Origin: Acidimicrobiia bacterium
GTDB taxonomy: Bacteria; Actinomycetota; Acidimicrobiia; IMCC26256; JAMXLJ01
DNA: 64,000 nt
Direction of reading: 5' to 3'
NCBI GenBank assembly: GCA_036558745.1
Contig: DATBEZ010000027.1
Span: forward strand, 8,520 to 72,519
Under the pieces are notes generated by a model. That model was not told the origin of the DNA. It saw only the letters and a program-made list of their open reading frames with translations, and searched no databases. Within the stretch, counting starts at the first letter, position 1. Every line of letters begins with the position of its first letter. Below are positions 1 through 8,944 of the stretch, piece by piece. The position numbers were made by a program, and so were the translations under genes.

Positions 1-554
1 ACGACGCGGTTGACGAAGCCGAGGCGCGCGCCCTCCTCGGCGTCGACGCGGCGCCCCGTCATCATGAGCTCGAGCGCCTGCTTGGGCGACAGCGCGCGCA
101 GCAGCGGGACGCTGATCATGTACGGCCAGAGCCCGACGTCGATCTCGGGCGTACCGAACACCGCGTCGTCGGACGCGACGACGAGGTCACACGCGAGCGC
201 GAGCCCGAAGCCGCCGGCGAGCGCGTAGCCGCGCACGCGGGCGATCGTGGGCTTGCCGAGCTCCCAGAGCTCGCGGAACAGCTCGGGCAGCAGGCCGCGC
301 GCGTCGTGCGCCTCGCTCGCGGACGCGTCCGCGATGCCGCCGAGGTCTGCGCCGGCGCAGAACGCGCGATCACCCGCGCCCGTGAGCACCACCACCCGCA
401 CGCCTGGATCGGAGCGCGCGTGCGCGAACGCGTCACGCAGCGAGCGCATGACCGCGAACGACATCGCGTTCCGGCGCTCCGGGCGGTCGATGGTCACCCG
501 GGCCACCGACCCGTCCCGCTCGTAGCGGACGTCCTGGAGATCCGGTTCGGGCAC
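1..554 (-). CDS. enoyl-CoA hydratase/isomerase (crotonase) family protein, C-terminus outside window
   Basis: Own reverse-strand translation from GTG at 554: VPEPDLQDVRYERDGSVARVTIDRPERRNAMSFAVMRSLRDAF...VVVLTGAGDRAFCAGADL...GYALAGGFGLALACDLVVASDDAVFGTPE. Classic crotonase motifs. In-frame stop upstream at 597-599. Absent from the ORF track because it runs off the window. Confidence 0.85.
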   Translation of the reverse strand, partial: MPEPDLQDVRYERDGSVARVTIDRPERRNAMSFAVMRSLRDAFAHARSDPGVRVVVLTGAGDRAFCAGADLGGIADASASEAHDARGLLPELFRELWELGKPTIARVRGYALAGGFGLALACDLVVASDDAVFGTPEIDVGLWPYMISVPLLRALSPKQALELMMTGRRVDAEEGARLGFVNRV

Positions 555-609
555 GGCCAGATCGTAGGTGGTCCGCGTGTCGGCGGCGGGGTGTCGCTAG
601 CGTTTCGGT

Positions 610-1536
610 GTGGGCTTCATGGCCGTCGCGCTCGTGGTCGCGGTGCTGGTGGTCCTCGCCACGCACGGCAGTCTCCGCCAGCTCGCGCAGCTGCCGGTCG
701 AGGGGTTCGGGATGCTGTTCGTCGCGCTCGGCATCCAGGCCGCGCTGAACATCGTCCACATCCCCAAGGCGCGTGTCGACGACGTCGGCTTCGGGCTGCT
801 GATCCTCTCGTACGCCTGCATCCTCGGCTTCTGCTTCGTCAACCTCCGCCTGCGCGGCATGGCGATCATCACGATCGGCATCGCGCTCAACGCGATCGTG
901 ATCGCCCTCAACCAGGGCATGCCCGCGAACGGCCCGACCCGCGTCGACGCCCAGGGGCGGACGGTGTCGAGGGTCGCGACGTCGGTGAAGCACCGCCCCG
1001 AGCGTCCGGGTGATGTGCTGACCGTGCTCGACGACCGCATCGTCGTCCGGGTGCCCTTCCACGAGATCCTCTCGTTCGGCGACCTGATCCTCGCGCTCGG
1101 CCTGATCGACGTGTGCTACTGGGGCAGCCGCCGCGACGAGCGCGAGCGCCTCAGCGTGTTCGCGCTGAGCGAGCTGCCCGCACCGCCCCGTCCGCAGCCG
1201 TCGACGCCCGTCGCGGCCCCGGTGCCGCCGTCGACCGCGCTCGACGTGTCAGAAGCCGATACGGACGACGACGCCGAACCCGACGAGCCGTCGCCCCCCG
1301 AGATCGATCTCACCGCGGCGTTGTTCGGTGACCCGGAGGACGCGGCGTGGCACATCACGTCGAACGGGCGCGAGGTGGACGAGCCGGCACCGCCGGAGCG
1401 ACCGCGCGTCGCACACCGTGACGAGCCGCGTCGCGACGCGCCACGTCGCGACGAGACCCACCACGTCGAGACGCCCGGCGGGTCGGCGCGCTCCGACGAC
1501 GAGGTCGAGACCGCGCTCTGGCTCGCGACACCCTGA
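610..1536 (+). CDS. polytopic membrane protein, DUF5317-like N-terminal domain with long Pro/Asp/Glu/Arg-rich C-terminal tail
   Basis: 308-aa ORF. The first ~170 aa are hydrophobic helices with IVIALNQGMP and ILSFGDLILALGL motifs that I recall from DUF5317 proteins. The last ~130 aa are low complexity. Sits next to HD-domain membrane proteins, as is typical of that family. Confidence 0.7.
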   Translation: MGFMAVALVVAVLVVLATHGSLRQLAQLPVEGFGMLFVALGIQAALNIVHIPKARVDDVGFGLLILSYACILGFCFVNLRLRGMAIITIGIALNAIVIALNQGMPANGPTRVDAQGRTVSRVATSVKHRPERPGDVLTVLDDRIVVRVPFHEILSFGDLILALGLIDVCYWGSRRDERERLSVFALSELPAPPRPQPSTPVAAPVPPSTALDVSEADTDDDAEPDEPSPPEIDLTAALFGDPEDAAWHITSNGREVDEPAPPERPRVAHRDEPRRDAPRRDETHHVETPGGSARSDDEVETALWLATP

Positions 1537-1554
1537 GCGGACGTCGCCCGTCGC

Positions 1555-2727
1555 TCAGACCGGTTGCACCTGGCTGCGCACGAGCACCCGCTCGAGCGCG
1601 GCGAGCACCTCGGTGTCGTAGAGGTATCCGGGCCCGGAGTACAGGGCCTCGATGGCGGCCGGCGCGTGGGCCTGGTCCCCGCCGGTCAGCTCGTCGAACG
1701 CGCTCGCGACCTTGAGGACCTGCCCCCCGAGACCGCGACGGCGCTCGGCCGGGTCGATCGGGCGGCGGTGCCGCAACGGCTCGACGGCGAGCAGGTCGCC
1801 CGCCGGCGCGAGATAGTCGGTCGCGCGGAGGATCGCGGCGCCCGCCTCGGCGACCTCCCACGGATCGGCGGGGCGCCCGAGCACCTCGGCGTCGTCGAGG
1901 CACAGGTGCCCGATGTGGTGCAGGAGCGCGGCGATCTCGAGCTGCTCGAGCTCGTTGTGGTCGAGCCCGAGCTCGCGCCCGACCGCGACCGAGAGCTTCG
2001 CGACCCGTTGCGCGTGGCCGGTGCGCACCAGCCCGCCGAGCTCAGGCGCGACCGACAGCGCGCGGATGGTCTGGTCGTAGGTGCGGCGGATCGACGAGAG
2101 ACGGTTGAACGAGTACCACGTGGCGAGCAGCGGCACCGAGAAGATGAGCGGGCCCCAGAGGCCCATGCCGCGCCCACCCGCGCCGGCCTGACCGACCGCC
2201 ATCAGCACGCCGCTCGTCACGAGCGCGAGCTCGGCCCGCCACGCGCGGAACGCACCCTCGATCCCGCGCCGGGCCAGCGCGGCAACGAGCTCGTCGAGAC
2301 CGATCTGGGCCGCGCCCGCGGCGGCGAGCGACGCGAGCACCGCCCACTTCGTACGGCCGCTCCCGACGACGTCGACGCCGATGCGGAAGACCGAGTACGC
2401 GACGGCCGCGCCGAGCAAGCGCTGCAACGTGATCACGACACGGGACCGCACGTTCGCGGCCGGGCGCAGCACGGCGGCGACGAGCTCGGCCACGACGATG
2501 GTGACCGCGAACGCGGGCGCGCTCGCGAGCGCGACGACGACAAGCACCACCGCGTGCGACAGGGGCAGGGGCGGACCGCCGGTCGACTGGATCTCGAGGA
2601 GCTCGCCCACGACGATTCCCGCGGCGAGCAGCACCAGCGCGACTGCGTCGCCGTGGGGCGCGACCAGCGCGGTCAGCGCGGCGACGACCGCGCCGACGAC
2701 GACGATCCCCGTGATGCGCGACGTCAC
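1555..2727 (-). CDS. membrane-anchored HD-superfamily domain protein with degenerate metal site (HH instead of HD)
   Basis: 390 aa. ~190-aa multi-TM N-terminus, then HAQRVAKLSVAVGRELGL...LEIAALLHHIGHL, where the canonical LHDIGK is replaced by LHHIGH. GTG start overlaps the stop of the upstream gene (GTGA at 2724-2727). Confidence 0.8.
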   Translation of the reverse strand: MTSRITGIVVVGAVVAALTALVAPHGDAVALVLLAAGIVVGELLEIQSTGGPPLPLSHAVVLVVVALASAPAFAVTIVVAELVAAVLRPAANVRSRVVITLQRLLGAAVAYSVFRIGVDVVGSGRTKWAVLASLAAAGAAQIGLDELVAALARRGIEGAFRAWRAELALVTSGVLMAVGQAGAGGRGMGLWGPLIFSVPLLATWYSFNRLSSIRRTYDQTIRALSVAPELGGLVRTGHAQRVAKLSVAVGRELGLDHNELEQLEIAALLHHIGHLCLDDAEVLGRPADPWEVAEAGAAILRATDYLAPAGDLLAVEPLRHRRPIDPAERRRGLGGQVLKVASAFDELTGGDQAHAPAAIEALYSGPGYLYDTEVLAALERVLVRSQVQPV

Positions 2728-4118
2728 GCGGCCCCGCCTTCGTTCGCCAAGCGGCGCGCGGGATCAGGCAGCAGGTCGCCCAGACCCGCGGAGCCGGTAC
2801 CGGCCTGCGGCGGCGGTGTGCTCCAGTGATCGCTCTCGGCCTCGTAGCCCGCGCCGTAGTGCTCGCCGCGACGTTCGATCGCGGCGATCAGCGCCTCGAC
2901 GCAGCGCGGGTGGAACTGGCGCCCGGAGTTCTTGCGCAGCTCGTCGAACGCGACCTCCTGGCTCAGCGCACGACGGTAGGAGCGCGTGGAGGTCATCGCG
3001 TCGAACGCATCGGCGACCGCGACGATGTGGGGCTCGATCGGCTGGCCGTACTCGTCGGAGACCGGCCGGAACCGCGCGTGCTCGCTCGACGCGCTCGGCG
3101 CCACCGGGGCCAGGAAGTCGATGCGGGTGAGGATCTCCATCGAGACCTGCTCGTGGCGGCGCACGCGCGCGTACTCGTCAGCGGTGAGGCGCCCGGGCTT
3201 GTTCAGCAGGTGGTTGGGGACGATCAGCTTCCCGACGTCGTGCATGAGCGCGGCGAGGCGCAGGCGCTCGAGGCGGGACGGCGGCAGGCTCAGCTCGGTG
3301 CCGATGTAGATCGCGAACTTGGCGACCCGCTCGGCGTGCCCGGCCGTGTACGCATCCTTGGCCTCGAGGGCGCGGATGAGGATGCGGATCGTCGCCTCGT
3401 GCGCGGCCCGCAGGTCCACGTAGCTCTTGAACGTGTGACGGGCGATGACGATCGGCACGATGAACAGCAGCACCGACGCGGGACCGATCTGCAGGTACAG
3501 CCGGCCCATGAACACGCCGAGCACCGCGAACGGGTAGATCTGCAGCATGCCGGTGCGCAGCAGCTGCGACAGCACCTCGCGCGCGCTCTTGTCGGTCGAC
3601 GCGCTCACCACCGCGGTCACGAGCGCGACGTCGACGACCGAGAAGACGAACGCGGCGGGCAGCGAGAACAGCAGCAGGACGGGCACCGACGTCGTGCCCA
3701 CACGCGCCAACGCGTCGAACGCGATCGCGGCTCCCAGCGTGGCGAGCGAGAAGTTGCCGAGGTTGAAGAGGATCTTGCGCCAATCGAGCGCGCGCACGTG
3801 GGGGAGGTAACACGCGCCGAACGCGCCGACGAGGAGCGGCCCCGTGAGGGTGTGCTGATGCTGGAACACGACGACCGACGCCATCGCGACCATGAAGCTG
3901 GCGCTGATGCTCGCCCGCTCCGGTGAGACGACGACCTGGTTCTCCGCGAACGCGAACAGGCTGCCGAAGAGCAGCACCGCGAGCGGCGACGGCGCGCCCG
4001 AGGCGCGCAGCGTGAACACACCCGCGCCGACGGCCGCGAGGCCGACGGCGAGGCAGATCATCTCCACTCGACTGGGACGACGATGCGTCACGGGGCGCGC
4101 TACCTCGGGGCTGGACAC
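2724..4118 (-). CDS. membrane-anchored HD-GYP-related phosphohydrolase domain protein (HD intact, GYP motif not recognisable)
   Basis: 464 aa. Multi-TM N-terminus, then HAERVAKFAIYIGTEL...AALMHDVGKLIVPNHLLNKPGRLTADEYARVRRHE...VADAFDAMTSTRSYRRAL. This is the typical HD-GYP family layout, but the HHExxDGxGYP segment is replaced by SEHARFRP. Confidence 0.85.
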   Translation of the reverse strand: MSSPEVARPVTHRRPSRVEMICLAVGLAAVGAGVFTLRASGAPSPLAVLLFGSLFAFAENQVVVSPERASISASFMVAMASVVVFQHQHTLTGPLLVGAFGACYLPHVRALDWRKILFNLGNFSLATLGAAIAFDALARVGTTSVPVLLLFSLPAAFVFSVVDVALVTAVVSASTDKSAREVLSQLLRTGMLQIYPFAVLGVFMGRLYLQIGPASVLLFIVPIVIARHTFKSYVDLRAAHEATIRILIRALEAKDAYTAGHAERVAKFAIYIGTELSLPPSRLERLRLAALMHDVGKLIVPNHLLNKPGRLTADEYARVRRHEQVSMEILTRIDFLAPVAPSASSEHARFRPVSDEYGQPIEPHIVAVADAFDAMTSTRSYRRALSQEVAFDELRKNSGRQFHPRCVEALIAAIERRGEHYGAGYEAESDHWSTPPPQAGTGSAGLGDLLPDPARRLANEGGAA

Positions 4119-4142
4119 GGCAAGGCCCCCGTCGTCAATCGG

Positions 4143-4250
4143 TTACTTCCAGCCGACACCGGCGCCGCCGGCAAGCAGCAGCGCGGTGAGGGCCGAGGCG
4201 ATTGCAGCGATTCGGACGTAGGCCTTCTTCACGTCGAAGACCCCCTTCAC
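4143..4250 (-). CDS. unannotated 35-aa single-pass membrane peptide
   Basis: Own translation: GGAGGT RBS (complement of 4255-4260), 4-nt spacer, GTG at 4250, then VKGVFDVKKAYVRIAAIASALTALLLAGGAGVGWK, stop at 4143-4145. About 30 of 35 codons end in G/C, consistent with coding. Ends 24 nt before the start of the HD-GYP-related gene. Below the 60-aa cut-off of the ORF track. Confidence 0.5.
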   Translation of the reverse strand: MKGVFDVKKAYVRIAAIASALTALLLAGGAGVGWK

Positions 4251-4624
4251 GGTGACCTCCCCGGCGCAGCGCTATGGCGCCGGAGGGAATCCGCTCCGCT
4301 CGGGTTCGTGCGTTCGGGGGCCTTGCCGTCTCCGGCCGTGGGATCACGGCCCTGGGCGTGGCGTGTTCCAATCCTCCCGATCGTCGGATGTGTTCGCTCT
4401 CGGTGGTTGTCGTCGCCTGACCTGCCCGCCTTGAATCCTGGTCCATCGCGACGGCAAACGCCACCCGCGGCCGGGCGGGCCCGACCACGGCGGGCAACGC
4501 TAGTTGACTTCCGTCACACAAGCCACGACCGTTGGGGGCCCCTGAGCGGGGCAAACGCGTTCCTTCCCTGACAGGGCGCGCGGGGCCCTGCGTATCCTGG
4601 GAGCCTCGGCGGGGAGGCCGCGAC

Positions 4625-5287
4625 GTGGGAGAGACGCAGCCGGATCTGGAGCTTCGGGAGCTGGAGCGCGAGCTGTGCCGCCTCCCCGACATCTCCGCGG
4701 CACGGATCGTGGTCGACGAGACCGGGCTGCCGGCCGAGGTCCACGTCCTCGCGCTGCCGGGCAAGCATCCGAAGCAGGTCGTGCGCGACATCCAGTCGGT
4801 CGCGCTGGCCTCGTTCGGCATCGAACTCGACCGCCGCATCGTGTCGGTCGTGCAGTTCGGCGCCGAGGGCAACCAGGCGACGGTGGGTGGCGTCGCGCCG
4901 GCGGTCCGGCCCGTGATCGGGGGTATCGCCGCCGAGGTGACCGGCCTGCGCTCGCTGGTGCGGGTCACGCTCCAGCGCGGCGACCAGGAGACGGTCGGCT
5001 TCGCGGAGGGTTCGATCGCGTCCGCGACGCGACATCGGCTCGTGGCCGCGGCGACGCTCGACGCCCTGCGACAGCTCGACCCGGCCGCCGAGTGCCTCGA
5101 CGTCGAGAGCGCGCAGGTGCTGCGCGTGGGCGTCAACGAGATCGCGGTCGTCACGGTGGTGTTCGTCGTGCCGCCGGGCGAGCAGCTCATCTCCGGGTCC
5201 GCGCTCGTGCGCGGTCACCAGGAAGCCGACGCCGTCGCCCGCGCCGTGCTCGACGCGACGAACCGCCGGCTCCCTCAGCTCACGTAG
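4625..5287 (+). CDS. hypothetical protein (two alpha/beta-like halves, no family recognised)
   Basis: In-frame GTG at 4625, preceded by GGGAGG at 4611-4616. High GC3 frame. 28 nt upstream of the GT4 gene. The longer ATG at 4532 would add an Arg/Gly-rich leader that looks non-coding. Confidence 0.6.
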   Translation: MGETQPDLELRELERELCRLPDISAARIVVDETGLPAEVHVLALPGKHPKQVVRDIQSVALASFGIELDRRIVSVVQFGAEGNQATVGGVAPAVRPVIGGIAAEVTGLRSLVRVTLQRGDQETVGFAEGSIASATRHRLVAAATLDALRQLDPAAECLDVESAQVLRVGVNEIAVVTVVFVVPPGEQLISGSALVRGHQEADAVARAVLDATNRRLPQLT

Positions 5288-5315
5288 GCACCCTCGCGCA
5301 GGTCCCGCGTAGCGT

Positions 5316-6446
5316 GTGAGCGTGCCGAACCCCCTCGCCGTCGTCGTGTCGTTCCGTCTGGGCGGCACCGACGGCGTCTCGGTCGAGGCCGCGAAGTGGG
5401 ATTACGCATGGCGCGCGCTCGGCTTCGACGTGCGCCGCGTCGCGGGCGAGCTCGACGAGCGGCCGCAACGCGGCGACGTCGTGCTCCCCTGGCTCGCGAT
5501 CGACCCGCCCGCGGGCCACACGGAGCCGCGCCCGGACGAGCTCGCCTCGGCGGTCGATCGCGCCCAGCTCGTCGTCGTCGAGAACGCGTGCTCGTTGCCG
5601 ATGAACCTCGCCGCCAGCCGCGCCGTCGCCGCGGTCGTGAGCCGGCGGGGCGGACCGGTCGTGCTCCACCACCACGACCTCCCGTGGCAGCGCGACCAGT
5701 ACGCCGGTGTCACCGACCTTCCGCCCGACTCGCGCACGACGCTGCACGTCGTGATCAACGAACGGTCGCGCGCCGGTCTGCTCGATCGGGGCATCGACGC
5801 GCAGCGCGTCGTGCACGTCCCCAACTGCTTCGACGCCGACACCGGTGCTGCCGGCGAGCGCGACGCGACCCGCCACGCGATGGGCTTCACCCACGACGAG
5901 CTCGTGGTGCTCCAGCCGACGCGCGCGATCCCGCGCAAGAACGTTCCGGGCGCGTTGCGCTTCGTCGAGGAACTGCAGCGCAGGCTCCCCCAACGCCGGA
6001 TCCGCTACTGGCTGACCGGCCCCGCGGAGGACGGGTACGGCTCCGCGCTCGACGCGGTGCTCGCCGGCGCGCCGGTCCCGGTGAAGGTCGGTCGGGTCGA
6101 TCGCGCGGTGGACGCGTACGCGGCCGCGGATCTCGTGCTGTTCCCGTCGACGTGGGAAGGGTTCGGCAACCCGCTCGCAGAGGCCGCGATCGCGCGCCGC
6201 GCCGTCGTCGCGGGTCCCTACCCGGTGCGCGACGAGCTCGCCGCGCTCGGGCTGTGGTTCCTTTCCCTCGACGACCCGTCGGCCGCGGCGACGTGGCTGC
6301 GCGCGCCCGATCCGGCCCGCCTCGACGCGAACGTCGCGTGCGTGCGCCGCCACCTCTCCGTCGCGTCGCTGCCCGGACGGCTCCGCGACGCGCTCACGCG
6401 GCTCGAGCAGCCCGGACCGCACGTGGCCGTGCCGGCAGACGCGTGA
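5316..6446 (+). CDS. glycosyltransferase, GT-B fold (family 4-like)
   Basis: 376 aa. N-terminal VVSFRLGGTDGVSVEAAKW and C-terminal LVLFPSTWEGFGNPLAEAA (the E-x7-E region typical of GT4 retaining transferases). Confidence 0.8.
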   Translation: MSVPNPLAVVVSFRLGGTDGVSVEAAKWDYAWRALGFDVRRVAGELDERPQRGDVVLPWLAIDPPAGHTEPRPDELASAVDRAQLVVVENACSLPMNLAASRAVAAVVSRRGGPVVLHHHDLPWQRDQYAGVTDLPPDSRTTLHVVINERSRAGLLDRGIDAQRVVHVPNCFDADTGAAGERDATRHAMGFTHDELVVLQPTRAIPRKNVPGALRFVEELQRRLPQRRIRYWLTGPAEDGYGSALDAVLAGAPVPVKVGRVDRAVDAYAAADLVLFPSTWEGFGNPLAEAAIARRAVVAGPYPVRDELAALGLWFLSLDDPSAAATWLRAPDPARLDANVACVRRHLSVASLPGRLRDALTRLEQPGPHVAVPADA

Positions 6447-6706
6447 ACGCGCCCGACCCGGTCGTGGCGCGGCGGGCCCGGCTGGCCCGCTACGTGAAGA
6501 TCGCCAAGCGCGCCGGGTACGGCGCGCTGGCCGTCGCGATCGTCGCCTTCGCCGCCGGTCTGGCGACCGGGTTCCCCGGTTGGCTCGTCGGCCTGAGCAT
6601 CGGCGGCCTCGTCGCGTCCTGCATCGTGCTCCCCGTCCCGATCGTCATGGGCTACGGCATCCGCGCCGCGGAGCGAGAGGAGCGCGGGGGACGATCGGGT
6701 CATTAG
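6443..6706 (+). CDS. small two-TM membrane protein
   Basis: GTG at 6443 overlaps the GT4 stop (GTGA). Reads VNAPDPVVARRARLARYVKIAKRAGYGALAVAIVAFAAGLATGFPGWLVGLSIGGLVASCIVLPVPIVMGYGIRAAEREE. It is the C-terminal part of the otherwise spurious 5396..6706 ORF. Confidence 0.6.
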   Translation: MNAPDPVVARRARLARYVKIAKRAGYGALAVAIVAFAAGLATGFPGWLVGLSIGGLVASCIVLPVPIVMGYGIRAAEREERGGRSGH

Positions 6707-6798
6707 TCCCTGTCCTCCGGCTGACGGCCGCGCCTCGTCCTCCTCTACGCTGGACACGCCACGTCGCCGCCGCGCGACGCATGACTTCAGGAGGCACC

Positions 6799-7908
6799 AT
6801 GCCGAAGGCCGCCGTCTGCAGGGAGATCGGGTCGCCGCTCCAGATCACGGACGTCGACCTGCAGTCGCCGAAGGCGGGCGAGGTGCGCGTCCGGCTCGGT
6901 GCCTCCGGCGTCTGCCACTCCGACCTCTCCGTCGTGAACGGGACGCTGCTGAGCCCGTTGCCGTCGGTGCTCGGCCACGAGGGCGCGGGTGTGATCGAGG
7001 AGGTGGGCGAGGGCGTCGACGACCTGAAGGTCGGCGACCACGTCGTGATCTCGTGGGTGCCCCAGTGCGGCACCTGCTACTTCTGCCAGCACGACCAGGG
7101 CGAGCTGTGCGAGTCGGGTTCGGCCGCGGCGATGAGCGGCGGCCTGCTCGACATGACGTCGCGCTTCTCGGCCGGTGGCCAGCCGCTGTTCCAGATGGCC
7201 GCGTCGGGCACCTTCTCGGAGGAGACGGTCGTCCCTGCGATCGGCGCGGTGAAGATCGCGAAGGACATCCCGCTCACGTCCGCCGCGCTCATCGGCTGCG
7301 GCGTGCTCACGGGCTTCGGCGCCGCGGTCAACACGGCCGACATCCGCAAGGGCGACACCGTCGCGGTGATCGGCGCGGGTGGTGTCGGCCTCAACGTGAT
7401 CCAGGGCGCGCGCCACGCGGGAGCGGAGCGGATCATCGCGGTCGACATGAACGACGGGAAGCTGCAGACCGCGCAGAAGTTCGGCGCGACCGACCTCGTG
7501 AACGCGGCGAACGGCGACCCCGTGAGCCAGGTGATGGAGCTGACCGGCACGCGCGGCGGCGCCGACGTGACGTTCGAGGTGATCGGCCTCCAGGACACGA
7601 TCGAGCAGGCGTTCAACATGGCCCGCCGCGGCGGGCAGGCCGTCCTCGTCGGTGTGCCGAAGATGGACGTGATGGTCAACATCCCGGCCGCGCTCGGGTT
7701 CGTCATCATGGAGAAGCAGATCCGCGGGTGCTGGTACGGGTCGTCGAACGTGCACCGCGACATCCCGACGCTCACGAAGCTCTACGGCGACGGCAAGCTG
7801 ATGCTCGACGAGCTCATCTCGGCCGAGATCTCGCTCGACCAGGTGAACGACGCCCTCGACAACATGGGCTCGGGGTCCATCGCCCGCTCGGTCATCAAGT
7901 ACTCGTAA
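6799..7908 (+). CDS. Zn-dependent alcohol dehydrogenase (MDR superfamily, class III-like)
   Basis: ATG at 6799 after AGGAGG. MPKAAVCREIGSPL...GASGVCHSD...GHEGAGVIEEVGEGV...CGTCYFCQ...GAGGVGLNVIQGA. Confidence 0.9.
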   Translation: MPKAAVCREIGSPLQITDVDLQSPKAGEVRVRLGASGVCHSDLSVVNGTLLSPLPSVLGHEGAGVIEEVGEGVDDLKVGDHVVISWVPQCGTCYFCQHDQGELCESGSAAAMSGGLLDMTSRFSAGGQPLFQMAASGTFSEETVVPAIGAVKIAKDIPLTSAALIGCGVLTGFGAAVNTADIRKGDTVAVIGAGGVGLNVIQGARHAGAERIIAVDMNDGKLQTAQKFGATDLVNAANGDPVSQVMELTGTRGGADVTFEVIGLQDTIEQAFNMARRGGQAVLVGVPKMDVMVNIPAALGFVIMEKQIRGCWYGSSNVHRDIPTLTKLYGDGKLMLDELISAEISLDQVNDALDNMGSGSIARSVIKYS

Positions 7909-7933
7909 CCCGATCACGACACGGGAGTCGGCA

Positions 7934-8938
7934 ATGCGGTACCGCAGGTTCGGGACGAGCGACCTCGAGGTGTCGGAGGTCGGCTTCGGCGTCTGGACGA
8001 TCGCGACCGACTGGTGGGGCGTGGTCGACGACAAGGCCGGGCTCGTCCACGCCGCGCTCGACGCGGGCGTCAACTTCTTCGACACCGCGCCCGCGTACGG
8101 CGAGGACGGGTTCGGCGAGCGCATCCTCGCCGAGCTGCTGGGCCGGCGCGACGACGTGCTGATCACGACCAAGTGTGGCTACGACATCCACCAGCCCCGC
8201 ATCGCGGGCCAGTCGGAGCGGCCCCAGGACTGGTCGGCGGCCGGCGTGCGCCATCAGGTCGAGGAGTCGCTGCGTCGTCTCGGCCGCGACCACATCGACC
8301 TGCTGCAGCTGCACAACGTCCGCATCGACCCCGTTCGCGACGACGCGCTGTGGGACGAGCTCGGGCGTCTCCGCGACGAGGGCAAGGTACGCGAGCTCGG
8401 CGTCGCGCTCGGTCCCGCGATCGGCTGGGTGCGGGAAGGCATCGAGGCGGTGCAGCGGCGCGACATCGTCGCGTTGCAGACCGTCTTCAACATCCTCGAG
8501 CAGGAGCCGGGCCTCACGTTCACGCGCGAGGAGAAGGTGCACGACGGCCGGGTCGGAATGATCGCCCGCGTGCCCCATGCCTCCGACGTGCTCTCCGGCA
8601 AGATCACGCGCGATGCCGTCTTCGCGCCGGGCGACCACCGCGGACACCGCAACACCGACAACATGCTCGACAACTTCGAGAAGGCCGAGCGCCTCGAGTA
8701 CCTGTGGGCGCCCGAGACCGGTCGCACCGTCGGGCAGGCCGCGGTCGCGGGCATCCTCGCCTTCGACGCGTTTACGACCGTGCTCCCGACGTGCGTCACC
8801 GCGGACGAGGTGCGCGAGTACGCGGCTGCGTCGGAGCTGCCGCTCGGCGCGGACGAGAAGGTCGAGCTCGACTCGCTCTGGTCGCGCAACTTCGACCACG
8901 AGGACCGCTTCGTCATGCCGCTCAAGTCGAGCGTGTGA
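7934..8938 (+). CDS. aldo/keto reductase
   Basis: MRYRRFGTSDLEVSEVGFGVW...GVNFFDTAPAYGEDGFGERIL...LQLHN. Typical AKR signature. Confidence 0.9.
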   Translation: MRYRRFGTSDLEVSEVGFGVWTIATDWWGVVDDKAGLVHAALDAGVNFFDTAPAYGEDGFGERILAELLGRRDDVLITTKCGYDIHQPRIAGQSERPQDWSAAGVRHQVEESLRRLGRDHIDLLQLHNVRIDPVRDDALWDELGRLRDEGKVRELGVALGPAIGWVREGIEAVQRRDIVALQTVFNILEQEPGLTFTREEKVHDGRVGMIARVPHASDVLSGKITRDAVFAPGDHRGHRNTDNMLDNFEKAERLEYLWAPETGRTVGQAAVAGILAFDAFTTVLPTCVTADEVREYAAASELPLGADEKVELDSLWSRNFDHEDRFVMPLKSSV

Positions 8939-8944
8939 CTCGTC

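Noticed and set aside
4504-4535. TTGACT hexamer as a -35 promoter element upstream of the 4625 gene.
   Set aside because: No acceptable TANNNT -10 lies at 16-19 nt spacing, so I cannot support a promoter call.
4251-4624. Possible c-di-GMP riboswitch or other structured leader in the ~370-nt divergent spacer next to the HD-domain operon (two GGCAAAC motifs on the plus strand).
   Set aside because: I could not find the rest of the GEMM-I core (ACGCAAAGC / paired tetraloop-receptor arrangement) on either strand. Two heptamers alone are not evidence. A covariance-model scan (Rfam cmsearch) would be needed.
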